Positions 27,909 through 37,926 of a stretch of 64,000 nt of DNA are shown in pieces. The translations under genes were made by a program, and so were the position numbers. Location: contig JAQWEN010000001.1 of the NCBI GenBank assembly GCA_028704885.1, positions 427,999 through 491,998 of the forward strand, given 5' to 3'. The notes under the pieces were generated by a model. The model worked only from the letters and a program-made list of their open reading frames with translations, was not told the DNA's origin and did no database searches. The first letter of the stretch is position 1. Each line of letters opens with the position of its first letter. The stretch is from Candidatus Shapirobacteria bacterium. GTDB taxonomy: Bacteria > Patescibacteriota > Microgenomatia > UBA12405.

Positions 27909-29527
27909 AACTTTGAGTAGATTTTAAACCCTGGCTGTCCATTTGGGAAATTAATAATTTTTATAGGTTCAATTGGAACTATTTCGTCGCTGGTTACAAC
28001 TAATGAATTTGAAGGAATTTGATTCCAATCAATTTTTTGAAAATTATATTTGTCGTAATTTAAGACGGTCGAAAAGCCGAAATTATCGGGTGGAGTTAAC
28101 TTTATTTCGGATTGGATTTTTTGAGGTGAATATTTTGAATAAAACAAAAAGAGAATATAGGGTTGGTCGTATTTATTGGTGACATAAATTTGTTTGTATT
28201 GATCTTTTTGTTGTTCTAAATAAGGAACAAGTTGATCGAAACCGTATTGCCAGGCAAAAGGATATCTTTTAGAATAATGAACAAAGTAGGAATCAAGATA
28301 ATAAGCAACGAAATAACCATAAATAAGGATAAATATTATTAAAATTAAATTTTTAATTTTTAATTTATGAACTAGATTAAAAAAAGAATAAATACCCAAG
28401 GCGATTAGAATAGAGAGCGGAATAACCATAGATAAAGCTCTAAGAGCTGATGGAGCTTGAAAAGTTAAGGATGAAGCAATTGGAGCAATTAATAAAAAAG
28501 CAATTAAAAAGATTTTAGATCGTTGATTGTAGATCGTAGATTTCAATAAAAAAATAAGACCGAGAATTAGAAAAGGCAGTTCAATTAAATTAATTTGGCC
28601 CATTTCGGGAACTTTTGATCGAGGAACTTCATCACCATTTAAGGCAAGAAAATTTAAATCAAAATGAGAAGTATATTTTTGACCCCAAGAAATCAAATAA
28701 AGAACTCTTTTATTATGCATTATTCGATTAATTAATTTGACATTATGATGATGATTAATAAGTTCATTGGCTCGCCAAATTGGGCCTTGGTCAGCAGTTA
28801 GACCAACACCGCCAATACGAGCAGTTCCACCATTGTTTAAAAATGAAAAAGCCACAGGTAAGGCTAAAAGAGCACCAAAAAATATCGGAATTAAAATTTT
28901 AGGGAAATTTTTAATTAAATTTTTGAAATAAAGAGTTACTAAAGTTAGAGCTAAAAGAGGGGCAATTAAACGGGCTGAATGATAAATATAAAGTGATAAA
29001 ACATAAAATGAAACAAAGAGACTGAAATTCAATAAAAACTTGTCTTTGATCGATTTGAAGAAAAAATAAGTACCAATGACAATAAAAGAAAGAGCGGCGG
29101 AAGACTCCCAAGCCCCACGACTGAAATGAATATGCCAAGGAGAAAGGGTTAAAACAGCAGCGGTCAAAAGTGAAAGATTATTATTTTTAGATAAAAGTAA
29201 AATTAATTTATATAAAAATAAGATGGTTAGCAGAGAAAGGATTAAATTTGGCAAACGAACAGATAAAGTGTTTAATCCAAAAAATTTGATAAAGGGAAGA
29301 GCTAAATAAACATAACCACCCGGCTTAAAATCGCCAAATGATTTGAAATGAAGAGGCCAGGAAATTCCATGTTCGTCTTTACCAGTTTGGATAAGAGAAT
29401 AAGCATTATAACCAAGAGCGGCTTCGTCTGGATTGAGAGCTGGAGTGGAATTTAAATTAATAAAACGGATTAAAAACGCAACGAAAAGAATTAATAATAA
29501 TGGTAATTTGTTAATTTTGGTAGGCAT
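27905..29527 (-). CDS. PMT_2/GT39/ArnT-like GT-C membrane glycosyltransferase (paralog A)
   Basis: After TM1 comes PALNPDEAALGYNAYSLIQTGKDEHG...FKSFGDFKPGGYVY, with the DE motif in the first loop. More than 10 TM helices. A C-terminal soluble domain carries YVTNKYDQPYILFLFYSKYSPQ. Confidence 0.75.
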   Translation of the reverse strand: MPTKINKLPLLLILFVAFLIRFINLNSTPALNPDEAALGYNAYSLIQTGKDEHGISWPLHFKSFGDFKPGGYVYLALPFIKFFGLNTLSVRLPNLILSLLTILFLYKLILLLSKNNNLSLLTAAVLTLSPWHIHFSRGAWESSAALSFIVIGTYFFFKSIKDKFLLNFSLFVSFYVLSLYIYHSARLIAPLLALTLVTLYFKNLIKNFPKILIPIFFGALLALPVAFSFLNNGGTARIGGVGLTADQGPIWRANELINHHHNVKLINRIMHNKRVLYLISWGQKYTSHFDLNFLALNGDEVPRSKVPEMGQINLIELPFLILGLIFLLKSTIYNQRSKIFLIAFLLIAPIASSLTFQAPSALRALSMVIPLSILIALGIYSFFNLVHKLKIKNLILIIFILIYGYFVAYYLDSYFVHYSKRYPFAWQYGFDQLVPYLEQQKDQYKQIYVTNKYDQPYILFLFYSKYSPQKIQSEIKLTPPDNFGFSTVLNYDKYNFQKIDWNQIPSNSLVVTSDEIVPIEPIKIINFPNGQPGFKIYSKL

Positions 29528-31148
29528 AAAAAGTAGAAATATTATTGATAGGACTTAAAGGTAAAAAATCTTTAAAACTATCAGATTTATCGATTGATTG
29601 ACGATAAATTTCATTGTAATTAAAAATTGCCAAAGTATTCGGTTGAGTTTTGATAAGACTGTAGTCAGGAGTAGTGAATTTAATATTGTCAATTTGTTCG
29701 ACTTTGCCAGTATCACCGGATGAACTTTCAGTTAATTTGGCTTGTTGTTGATAACGTTGAGGTGGATATTTTGAATAAAAAAGGTAATAAATGTAGGCTT
29801 GGCCATAATAATCACTCATAATAATGTTTTTAAATTTATTTTGGTTTTTAATTAAATAATCCATTGATTGTTGATAGCCGTAAAGAAAATCATCGGGACT
29901 TTTTTTAACCATATGGTTTAAATAAAGGTCAGAATAGTAAATAAATGAAATGGAATAAGCAAGAATAATTAAACTGCATATAAAAATATTTTTATATCTA
30001 TTAACGACAACATAAATTCCAAGAGAAATAAAATAAATTAAAGGAATAGAAAAAGACATAGTTCGGACGGCTTGAACAGTGTCTCTGGTTAGAGCGGCAG
30101 GAATTGGGGCCACTAAAAGCCACAAGAAAAAGAAAAGATTAATTTTGTCTATTTTTCGGCGACTTAGAGCAAAAAATATGCCGATGATTAGGAAAATTAG
30201 ACTAGGATAGAGAATAACACCGATATATGAAGCTGAATTTCGAGGATTTTGCCAATCACCTTCGAAGGCTAAAAATTTGGGTGAAAAATGGTTAAAATAA
30301 CGAAGTAAAACATTTCGACCGAAGAAAGATAAATGGTTGTGAAAAATATTGTAATCCAATTGACTGCTTTCATTAATAATAGTATTGGTTTCTTCGGTTG
30401 ATCGAGGATAAGAAAAAAGACTAATAACTTTTAAACGATTGGCATTGCTGCTGAAAAATAATCCATAAATTATTGGAAGTGAAAAAATAAAAAGAGGTAG
30501 AACAAAATTAAGGAAAAGAGATTTGAGGTTTTTTTTATTGACGATATTTAAATTTAATAAAAATAAGATGATGATTAAAAAAAGACTGATCATCTTGCCG
30601 GCTTGATAAGTGAAAAGAGTTAACCCAAATGTAACGGCGGAAAATAATAAATATTTATTTATTTTTTTATTGACATATTTGAAGAAAAAGTATGAAGCTA
30701 AAACTAATTCAAAAGTTAAAATATTGGTTTCCCAGGCGCCGCGAGAAAAGTGAATTGAATAGGGATTAATAATAGTGATAATAGCGGCAATAATGGCAGT
30801 TTTGTGAGCTTTTTGGTTTATTTCTTTGATTAAAAAATAGATCAAAATTGGTAATAAAGATCCAAGAATCACTGATGGTAAACGAGTGGCGGTGGTGGTT
30901 AATCCGAAAAGTTTTATGAAAGGAACGGCAAGATAAATATAAAAGCCAGGTTTGTAATCACCAAATGATTTAAAAATAATAGGTAAAGTTTGACCATATT
31001 CATCTTTGCCGGTTTCGATTAATGAATAAGCATTGTAACCAATGGCAGCTTCATCCCAAAGAAGAGTGGGATATTCCCCTATTTTGTAAAATCTTAAGAA
31101 AAAGGAAATTAGAAAAACAGAAATTAGAAAAATTTTAATTTTGGTCAT
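29511..31148 (-). CDS. PMT_2/GT39/ArnT-like GT-C membrane glycosyltransferase (paralog B)
   Basis: PTLLWDEAAIGYNAYSLIETGKDEYG...FKSFGDYKPGFYIY and a C-terminal YYGQAYIYYLFYSKYPPQ. Confidence 0.75.
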   Translation of the reverse strand: MTKIKIFLISVFLISFFLRFYKIGEYPTLLWDEAAIGYNAYSLIETGKDEYGQTLPIIFKSFGDYKPGFYIYLAVPFIKLFGLTTTATRLPSVILGSLLPILIYFLIKEINQKAHKTAIIAAIITIINPYSIHFSRGAWETNILTFELVLASYFFFKYVNKKINKYLLFSAVTFGLTLFTYQAGKMISLFLIIILFLLNLNIVNKKNLKSLFLNFVLPLFIFSLPIIYGLFFSSNANRLKVISLFSYPRSTEETNTIINESSQLDYNIFHNHLSFFGRNVLLRYFNHFSPKFLAFEGDWQNPRNSASYIGVILYPSLIFLIIGIFFALSRRKIDKINLFFFLWLLVAPIPAALTRDTVQAVRTMSFSIPLIYFISLGIYVVVNRYKNIFICSLIILAYSISFIYYSDLYLNHMVKKSPDDFLYGYQQSMDYLIKNQNKFKNIIMSDYYGQAYIYYLFYSKYPPQRYQQQAKLTESSSGDTGKVEQIDNIKFTTPDYSLIKTQPNTLAIFNYNEIYRQSIDKSDSFKDFLPLSPINNISTFYAYQN

Positions 31149-32794
31149 AGTGAGAGAATGTCAAAGGCGGGTTGATTGTTGAGAAAATAAATAGTTTTAA
31201 GTAAGGTGCTATTGTTTTTATTATAGTTGTCTGGTGAAGTGATTAAAAGAGTCTTTTGATTAATATTCTCGGTTTCCTTTTTAATTTCCCAATCATTTAT
31301 GAATCTAAATTTATCAAAACTGTTAACCCAATACCAATCAGCATGAAAATCCCAGTTTAAACGAGAATCATTTTGATATGATTTTGGATCCCAGGGCCAA
31401 TAAAATAGAACAAATTCATGGGCTTCACCGTATTTTTTAGTGAAAATAATTTGGTCATATTCATTGTAATTAGTTTTTATATAATCGACAACTTCTTTAT
31501 AACCATACTGCCAAGAGCTGGAATAATTTTTAGCATAATCGGTTAAATAATTTTTGAAATAGAAAAATGATTGAATAAGCAAAATTAATACGAATAAAAT
31601 TGTAAATAATGATTTGCTTTTTTGATTTTTAAAAAGTGAAAGAGTCTTTAAAAATCCATAAACTATAAAAATTTGAGGTAAGGGCAAAATGGTCATGGCG
31701 CGAATGATGGGAAAGTCACCAACAGTGACAACGGCAGGAATAAGACCGATTAGAAACCAAGATACAAGAAATAACGAAATCCCTCGATTTTTTATTGATT
31801 TAATTATTAAAATGATTAAGCCAATATAGAAAAATGGAAGACAAATAGGATAAAGAACGCCAGTGTTGGGAATATTAAATTGAAAATTTTGGGTACTGTT
31901 ATAAAACAGCATTTTAGGATTTATAAAACCAAGATAATTTTTGGCAACAGTAGCCGAAAATGCAGTAACTTTATTATATTTTAATTTAGCGATTAGAGGA
32001 TTACCTTGATAATTATTACGATTGTTTTCGATTTGATTAATAGTGGCTGGATTAATAGCAAAAACCCAACGACTGCGAGCCTGAGAGTCTTTATTAAAAG
32101 TACTAATTATTTGAGGAATTAATAAAAATGAAAAAACTAACAGAGTGACTAAAAATATATTTTTATTATTTTGAAATTTTTGTTTGATGTCTTTAAAAAA
32201 GATTATGAGGTAAACAAAAAGTAAAATAGGAACAACAATTTTAGTGTTGTGATAGGCATAAGTAGAAAGAGAAATAAATAAAACTCCCGGTAAAATAAAA
32301 TTTATTTTTTTGATAGCTTTAATTAAAAATAGAATTCCTAAAGAAAGGAAAAATTGAGCAACAGTCGATTGGAAAACGGCTCTGGAGGGAAAAAATGTCC
32401 AAGGAGATAGAGTAACTAAAAACATTAATAAACAAGCTATTTTTTTATCTTTAAAAATTTCTTTTCCTAGAAAATAGGCAACAATTATTAGACCAAAACC
32501 ACAAAGAGCAGAAACAATTCTGGTTGTCCAAGCATTGAGGCCAAAGAAATAAATAAAAGGCATGGAGAGATACATATTAAGAGTGGTAGGATAATCGCCA
32601 TAAGCTCGGAAATTGAAAATAGGCCAGGAAGTTGACCATTGATCTTGACCGGTTTTGATTAAGCTGTAAGCGTTGTAAGCATGGCTAATTTCATCCCAAT
32701 TTAGGCTAACTGGATATTTATCTAGAAAAAGAAAACGAGTTAGGAATCCGATGACTAAAATAATTCCAAAAATAATTGAATAAAGTTTAGTCAT
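31145..32794 (-). CDS. PMT_2/GT39/ArnT-like GT-C membrane glycosyltransferase (paralog C)
   Basis: PVSLNWDEISHAYNAYSLIKTGQDQW and a C-terminal KKYGEAHEFVLFYWPWDPK. Confidence 0.7.
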   Translation of the reverse strand: MTKLYSIIFGIILVIGFLTRFLFLDKYPVSLNWDEISHAYNAYSLIKTGQDQWSTSWPIFNFRAYGDYPTTLNMYLSMPFIYFFGLNAWTTRIVSALCGFGLIIVAYFLGKEIFKDKKIACLLMFLVTLSPWTFFPSRAVFQSTVAQFFLSLGILFLIKAIKKINFILPGVLFISLSTYAYHNTKIVVPILLFVYLIIFFKDIKQKFQNNKNIFLVTLLVFSFLLIPQIISTFNKDSQARSRWVFAINPATINQIENNRNNYQGNPLIAKLKYNKVTAFSATVAKNYLGFINPKMLFYNSTQNFQFNIPNTGVLYPICLPFFYIGLIILIIKSIKNRGISLFLVSWFLIGLIPAVVTVGDFPIIRAMTILPLPQIFIVYGFLKTLSLFKNQKSKSLFTILFVLILLIQSFFYFKNYLTDYAKNYSSSWQYGYKEVVDYIKTNYNEYDQIIFTKKYGEAHEFVLFYWPWDPKSYQNDSRLNWDFHADWYWVNSFDKFRFINDWEIKKETENINQKTLLITSPDNYNKNNSTLLKTIYFLNNQPAFDILSL

Positions 32795-32860
32795 GTTTGT
32801 ATAATCTTAACACTTGAATGATTATAAGAAAAATGGAGTCAAAATGGAAATTAATTAGGC

Positions 32861-32873
32861 TATAATAGTTAAG
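32861..32873 (+). promoter_or_regulatory. -10 box TATAAT (32861-32866) 7 nt upstream of the ATG at 32874; candidate leaderless promoter
   Basis: An 80-nt divergent intergenic region with no Shine-Dalgarno sequence. The spacing is identical to the 4224 case. Confidence 0.3.
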
Positions 32874-34553
32874 ATGAAACGTTATATTTGGATAATTGCT
32901 TTAATTTTATTGATATTACCGTCTTTTATAACGCTTTTAAGACCAGGAATTCATAACATCCAGGATAATATGCAGTATTTTAGGATTTATGAAATGCAGA
33001 AATGTTTTGATGATAAACAAATACCCTGTCGTTGGGTGCCAGATATGGGTTATGGTTTTGGATATCCTTTGTTTTTATATTATTCCCCTGGCCCTTATTA
33101 TCTAGGAACTCTTTTCCATAATATTGGTTTTCAATATATAGATTCGGTAAAAATATTATTTATAGGTGGTTTTTTAATATCTGGAATTGGAATGTTTTTA
33201 TTATTGTCTAGTCTATTTTCTAATCCAAAAACAGCTCTTATTGGTTCATTAATATATGTATATGCTCCGGTTAGAGCAGTACAGGTTTATGTAAGAGGAT
33301 CTTTGGGGGAATTTTTAGCAATGGCAGTATTTCCATTTTTGTTTTTATTTTCATATCGAATTATTAAGGGTATTGGTAAAAATAATATTTTATGGTTGGG
33401 ATTGGCAGTTTTTAGTTTATTAGTGACACATAATTTAATGTCATTAGCCTTTTTTCCAATATTGGGAGCATGGATAATTTTATTGTTGATCCAAGAGAAA
33501 AAAAATAAAAAAATAATCGATTTTTTTTGGGCTTTTTTAATTGGAATCGGTTTAGCTTCTTTTTATATTGTGCCTTTGGTATTTGAGAGAGGTTATATCC
33601 ATTTAGAAAGTATGATTGGTGGTTATTTTGACTATCGACAACATTTTGTAAATTTATATCAACTATTTATTTCAAATCATTTTGGCTATGGTTCGTCTTA
33701 TTTGGGATCAGGTGATGATTTGTCTTTATCAGTGGGACAAGTACAATGGGTTTTAGGTTTAATGGCGGTGATTTTAGCAATAAAAAATTATAAAAAATCT
33801 AAAAAGAATAGTATTATTATTTTTGTTTTGGCCGGACTTAGTTTGCTAACTATTTTTCTTATTCATCAAAGATCATCTTTTATTTGGAATAAATTTAGTT
33901 TTATGGCAATGTTTCAATTCCCCTGGAGATTTTTAGTTATCAGTACTTTTCTTTTATCTTTATTGTCGAGTTATGCGATTAATTATTTTAAAGGTAAATG
34001 GCAAAATATAGTTATAGTAGTGGTTGGATTATCTTTACTTTTTTTATATGGAAGTTTTTTCAGATCGCAAAAATGGCTGAATATTAACGACCAACAATTA
34101 TTGACCGGGCAAGAATTTTTAAAACAACAAACGGCCAGTATTTTTGATTATTTACCCAAAAGTGCTATTTTGCCACCAAATCATCAAGCACCGGAATTAC
34201 CGGAATTAATTGAGGGAGACGTGGAAATATTTACTGATTATCAAAAAGGCAGTAATTGGCAGGCAGGAAAAATAATCGTATATAGTGAAACAGCAATAAT
34301 AAGATTACCAATTTTTGATTTTCCAGGAATGGAAGTAACAGATAATGGTTTTAAAATAGAAATTAATCATGATGAATGCAGGGGTCTTGATTATTGTTTT
34401 GGGCAGGTTAGTTTTAAATTAAACGAGGGAATACACCAAATTAATGTTAAATTAAAATCTACCCTACCAAGAAAAATTGGAGATTTAATAAGTTTAGTTA
34501 CATTGGTAAGTGTGCCAATATTTATGATTATTAAAAAGAAGAAATTTTTATGA
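32874..34553 (+). CDS. Large polytopic membrane protein, DD-motif family member 1 (probable GT-C-fold glycosyltransferase; may correspond to a YfhO or PTPS-related membrane family, unverified)
   Basis: After TM1 comes IQDNMQYFRIYEMQKCFDDKQIPCRWVPDMGYGFGYPLFLYYSPGPYYLG. More than 12 TM helices and a C-terminal soluble domain. It is paralogous to 34550-36190 and 55728-57467. Confidence 0.5.
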   Translation: MKRYIWIIALILLILPSFITLLRPGIHNIQDNMQYFRIYEMQKCFDDKQIPCRWVPDMGYGFGYPLFLYYSPGPYYLGTLFHNIGFQYIDSVKILFIGGFLISGIGMFLLLSSLFSNPKTALIGSLIYVYAPVRAVQVYVRGSLGEFLAMAVFPFLFLFSYRIIKGIGKNNILWLGLAVFSLLVTHNLMSLAFFPILGAWIILLLIQEKKNKKIIDFFWAFLIGIGLASFYIVPLVFERGYIHLESMIGGYFDYRQHFVNLYQLFISNHFGYGSSYLGSGDDLSLSVGQVQWVLGLMAVILAIKNYKKSKKNSIIIFVLAGLSLLTIFLIHQRSSFIWNKFSFMAMFQFPWRFLVISTFLLSLLSSYAINYFKGKWQNIVIVVVGLSLLFLYGSFFRSQKWLNINDQQLLTGQEFLKQQTASIFDYLPKSAILPPNHQAPELPELIEGDVEIFTDYQKGSNWQAGKIIVYSETAIIRLPIFDFPGMEVTDNGFKIEINHDECRGLDYCFGQVSFKLNEGIHQINVKLKSTLPRKIGDLISLVTLVSVPIFMIIKKKKFL

Positions 34554-36190
34554 AAATAAAAGAGTTATTAGTAATAATTTTATTGGTAATACCAGCAACG
34601 TTATCATTGTTTAAAACAGGGTTTTTTGGAGCATCTGATGACATGCATATTGCTTGGCTGCAGCAAATGAATCAATCAGTAAGTGAAGGACAAATACCAC
34701 CAAGATACGTGTCTGATTTAAGTTTTGGATTTGGATATCCTCTGTTTAATTTTATTTTTCCATTACCTTATTATTTAGGAGAAATTTTCCATTTGACTGG
34801 GTTAAGTTTTACTTACAGTATTAAAGCTGTTTTTATATTTAGTTTGTTTGCGTCGGCAATAACGATGTATTTTTTGGCCAGAAAATTATCTGGTAAATTT
34901 GTAGGAACGGCGGCGGCAGTACTTTATATTTATACTCCTTATCGTTCGACTGATATTTACGACAGAGGGGCATTGGGAGAGTCTTTAGCATTTGTTTTTT
35001 TACCATTGATTATATTTTTCCTGATTAAAGTTTTCGAAACAAAAGACAAAAAAGAAAATTATAAATGGATTGCGGGTGGAATTTTGTCAGTGGCAGGATT
35101 AATTTTGACTCACAATATAGTTTCTTATATGTTTATTCCTTTTGCTTTTTTATTTGGATTAATTATTTTAAACAAAAAAATAAAAGAATTATTTATATTC
35201 TTTTTTGGTGGATTATTAGGAAGTGTTTACTTTTGGCTGCCGGCACTATTAGAAAGTAAATTGATGAAATATGAAACCGTCTTTAATTTTTTTGATCATT
35301 TTCCGACAATAAAACAATTAATAACCCCTTTTTGGGGTTATGGAGCTTCGGTTCCTGGGCCATATGATGGAATGTCTTTTTTTATAGGTGAAGTAAATTT
35401 AGTGGTAATAGGAATAGTTTTATTATATGCAATTTTTCATTTTTCTAAGATTTCTTTATTAAATAAAAAAATCTTAACATGGAGTCTTTTTTTAATAGCG
35501 GCGGCGATGGTAATGATGAATTTTAGATCATCTTGGCTTTGGAAAAATATTCCATTAATTGCTTATTTTCAATTTCCTTGGCGCTTTTTAACAATGATAG
35601 TTTTTGGCTCATCATTATTGGTTGTTTTAATTAAAAATTTTAAATATGCAAAAGTATTGGCTGTATTGATTATTATGGTTTCTATAGGTCTAAACATATC
35701 TCGTTTTAGGCCTCATGACTTTTTAAATAGAGATGATAGCTATTATATTAATCGTTATATTCCAGTTCCAACTCCAAGTGAAGAATATTTAGGTCTTCAA
35801 GAAGAATATCTTAGATTGCCAAAAACAACAGAAACTAGGCCAAAAGAAGTTTACGCTCGGATTTATCCGGAAAATAGTGCTGTTAAAAACATAACCTTAA
35901 TTAATAGTTTGGATGCAAAATTTACAATCGAATCGGAGTCTGAACTGACTTTAAACTATAATAAATATTATTTTCCTGGCTGGAAGGGATTAATTGATGG
36001 CAAAAAATTAAATCTGACAAGTGGTACACCTTATGGTCAAATACAATTTACAATACCGAGCGGAAAACATGAAATCATAATTAAATATAGAGAAACTATT
36101 TTTAATAGACTATTGGATGGATTAAGCTTACTAACTGTAGTAAGTTGTTTTTATTTTGTCTTTTCTAAGAAATCAAAGTTGACTAAATAA
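34550..36190 (+). CDS. Large polytopic membrane protein, DD-motif family member 2 (probable GT-C)
   Basis: ASDDMHIAWLQQMNQSVSEGQIPPRYVSDLSFGFGYPLFNFIFPLPYYLGE, in tandem with member 1. Confidence 0.5.
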   Translation: MKIKELLVIILLVIPATLSLFKTGFFGASDDMHIAWLQQMNQSVSEGQIPPRYVSDLSFGFGYPLFNFIFPLPYYLGEIFHLTGLSFTYSIKAVFIFSLFASAITMYFLARKLSGKFVGTAAAVLYIYTPYRSTDIYDRGALGESLAFVFLPLIIFFLIKVFETKDKKENYKWIAGGILSVAGLILTHNIVSYMFIPFAFLFGLIILNKKIKELFIFFFGGLLGSVYFWLPALLESKLMKYETVFNFFDHFPTIKQLITPFWGYGASVPGPYDGMSFFIGEVNLVVIGIVLLYAIFHFSKISLLNKKILTWSLFLIAAAMVMMNFRSSWLWKNIPLIAYFQFPWRFLTMIVFGSSLLVVLIKNFKYAKVLAVLIIMVSIGLNISRFRPHDFLNRDDSYYINRYIPVPTPSEEYLGLQEEYLRLPKTTETRPKEVYARIYPENSAVKNITLINSLDAKFTIESESELTLNYNKYYFPGWKGLIDGKKLNLTSGTPYGQIQFTIPSGKHEIIIKYRETIFNRLLDGLSLLTVVSCFYFVFSKKSKLTK

Positions 36191-37896
36191 AATTCTTCTT
36201 GTTCGGTATATTTTTTATTAACTTTGTCTATTTGGTTGAATTTTATTTTAGTGGAGTGTTTTTTATTATAATTATGCAGACTGTTTTGAACCTTAATTAG
36301 ATCACGATCTGGAATTACAAAAAGAGAGTTACTGGGAAGATTATTAAATAGAATAGACCATTCAATATTTCCGAGATAGTATTTGTTTTCGGTTTGCATG
36401 CCATTAAAAAATTGATTGTTATCAGAAATTAACGAGGCGGCAGGAGATATATTTTTATTTGAAGGTAAATATTCACTATAATTTAAAAAAAATGGAGTAA
36501 AGGGCTCGTAGGAATTAATAAAATAGATTTTGGAGTAGTTAGTATCCTTAATTTTTAAAACAGCCTCTTTCATGCCATAGTGCCATTCTTTGGCGGAAAT
36601 ATTGGGATAATGAAAATAATATTGATGGGAAAAACGACCAAAACAAAGAATATATAAAAACAAGATTAGACTAATAATTATTTTTGATTTGGTAATTTCA
36701 AATATTTGTTTAAGACCTAAAAGAGAAAAAATACTTAAAAATGGCAACATTAAAATTAATCTGGTGGCATGAGGAAAGGCAGAATCTCTGGTTAAAGCAA
36801 AGGGGATTGGAGCACAAATTAAACTAATTAAAAAAAACAAATAAAATTTGCAATTAGATGATTTTTTATAAAAAATAGAAGAAATGCCGATTATTATTAA
36901 AAGTAAATCTGGAAAAAGTAAATTACCAGCAGTCTGAATACCTTGACGAAGGTTACCATCCCCTTTTAAAAATAAAAATTCAGTGGAGAAAGCAGAAAAA
37001 TAATTTTTGATAAACATTTCTGACCATTGAGCTAATTTATTGTGAAAAATTTTGGAAATAAGCATCGGCTTAAGTCCTATTTGTTGTCCAGAGACCATAA
37101 CTGAATCGTCGTAACGAAGATAGTCAACTGTTTTACTGACGGTTGGGTCGCTAAAAATATTGATATAAGAAAAACGATAACCAGAACGGCCTTTTAAGGT
37201 ATCTGATAAAAAAGGAAAAAGAGTTATCAATCCAATTAAGAACAATATTATTTTGGTTTTTAGAGAAATATTTATGATGGTTTTAAACCATAAAATTAAA
37301 AAAATAATAGCAATAAAAAATAAAAATAATTTGGCGGTGCTATAAAAATAAATAGTGAGAACAAAAGAAATTGCTGACGAAATTAAAAATTTGTCATTTT
37401 TCTGATTAATAAATTTAATCCAAAAGTAAAAACCTAAAAGTAAAAATAAAAGCATGCCAGTGGCTTCAAAACCGACTCGACTGTAGTGAAATAACCACGG
37501 AGTAATAGAAAATAAAAATGATCCGATCATGGCCCAGATGGGATTTTTATAAAGATTTTTTAAAATTAGAAAATAGACAAAAACAGAGAGAACTCCAAAT
37601 ATAGCGGCTGGTAATCTAGCAGCAAGATCGACATGGCCAATAAATCTTTGAACTATGGCAATTGAGTAAATATAAAGTGAAGTTCGCCAATCAGAATAGG
37701 AATGAAAATGAATAGGTAATTTATTACCAAAATAATCAGTTCCCCTGTTATTAAAAACAAAAGCCTGATAGTTAGCATCGGCTTCATCGGAAAAAAGAGA
37801 TGGAGGAAAAGAATTCATTTTGTAAAGATAAAGAAATAAAGAAAAGGCAATTAGAAAAATTGGAAAAATTTTGAAAGCGATAGATGTGTATTTCAT
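36151..37896 (-). CDS. PMT_2/GT39-like GT-C membrane glycosyltransferase (paralog D, divergent)
   Basis: PPSLFSDEADANYQAFVF, more than 10 TM helices, and a C-terminal YFINSYEPFTPFFLNYSEY. Confidence 0.6.
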   Translation of the reverse strand: MKYTSIAFKIFPIFLIAFSLFLYLYKMNSFPPSLFSDEADANYQAFVFNNRGTDYFGNKLPIHFHSYSDWRTSLYIYSIAIVQRFIGHVDLAARLPAAIFGVLSVFVYFLILKNLYKNPIWAMIGSFLFSITPWLFHYSRVGFEATGMLLFLLLGFYFWIKFINQKNDKFLISSAISFVLTIYFYSTAKLFLFFIAIIFLILWFKTIINISLKTKIILFLIGLITLFPFLSDTLKGRSGYRFSYINIFSDPTVSKTVDYLRYDDSVMVSGQQIGLKPMLISKIFHNKLAQWSEMFIKNYFSAFSTEFLFLKGDGNLRQGIQTAGNLLFPDLLLIIIGISSIFYKKSSNCKFYLFFLISLICAPIPFALTRDSAFPHATRLILMLPFLSIFSLLGLKQIFEITKSKIIISLILFLYILCFGRFSHQYYFHYPNISAKEWHYGMKEAVLKIKDTNYSKIYFINSYEPFTPFFLNYSEYLPSNKNISPAASLISDNNQFFNGMQTENKYYLGNIEWSILFNNLPSNSLFVIPDRDLIKVQNSLHNYNKKHSTKIKFNQIDKVNKKYTEQEEFYLVNFDFLEKTK

Positions 37897-37926
37897 TTAA
37901 AGATACTTTATTTTATACTAACAAAG

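Noticed and set aside
33480-33520. Homopolymeric A/T tracts (A7-A9, T8) in coding regions as phase-variation switches (other examples near 9681 and 35171)
   Set aside because: At about 29% GC, A/T runs of 7-9 are expected by composition. No G/C homopolymer of 7 or more was seen; the longest is G5 at 986-990 and 63971-63975. I see no specific evidence for slipped-strand regulation.
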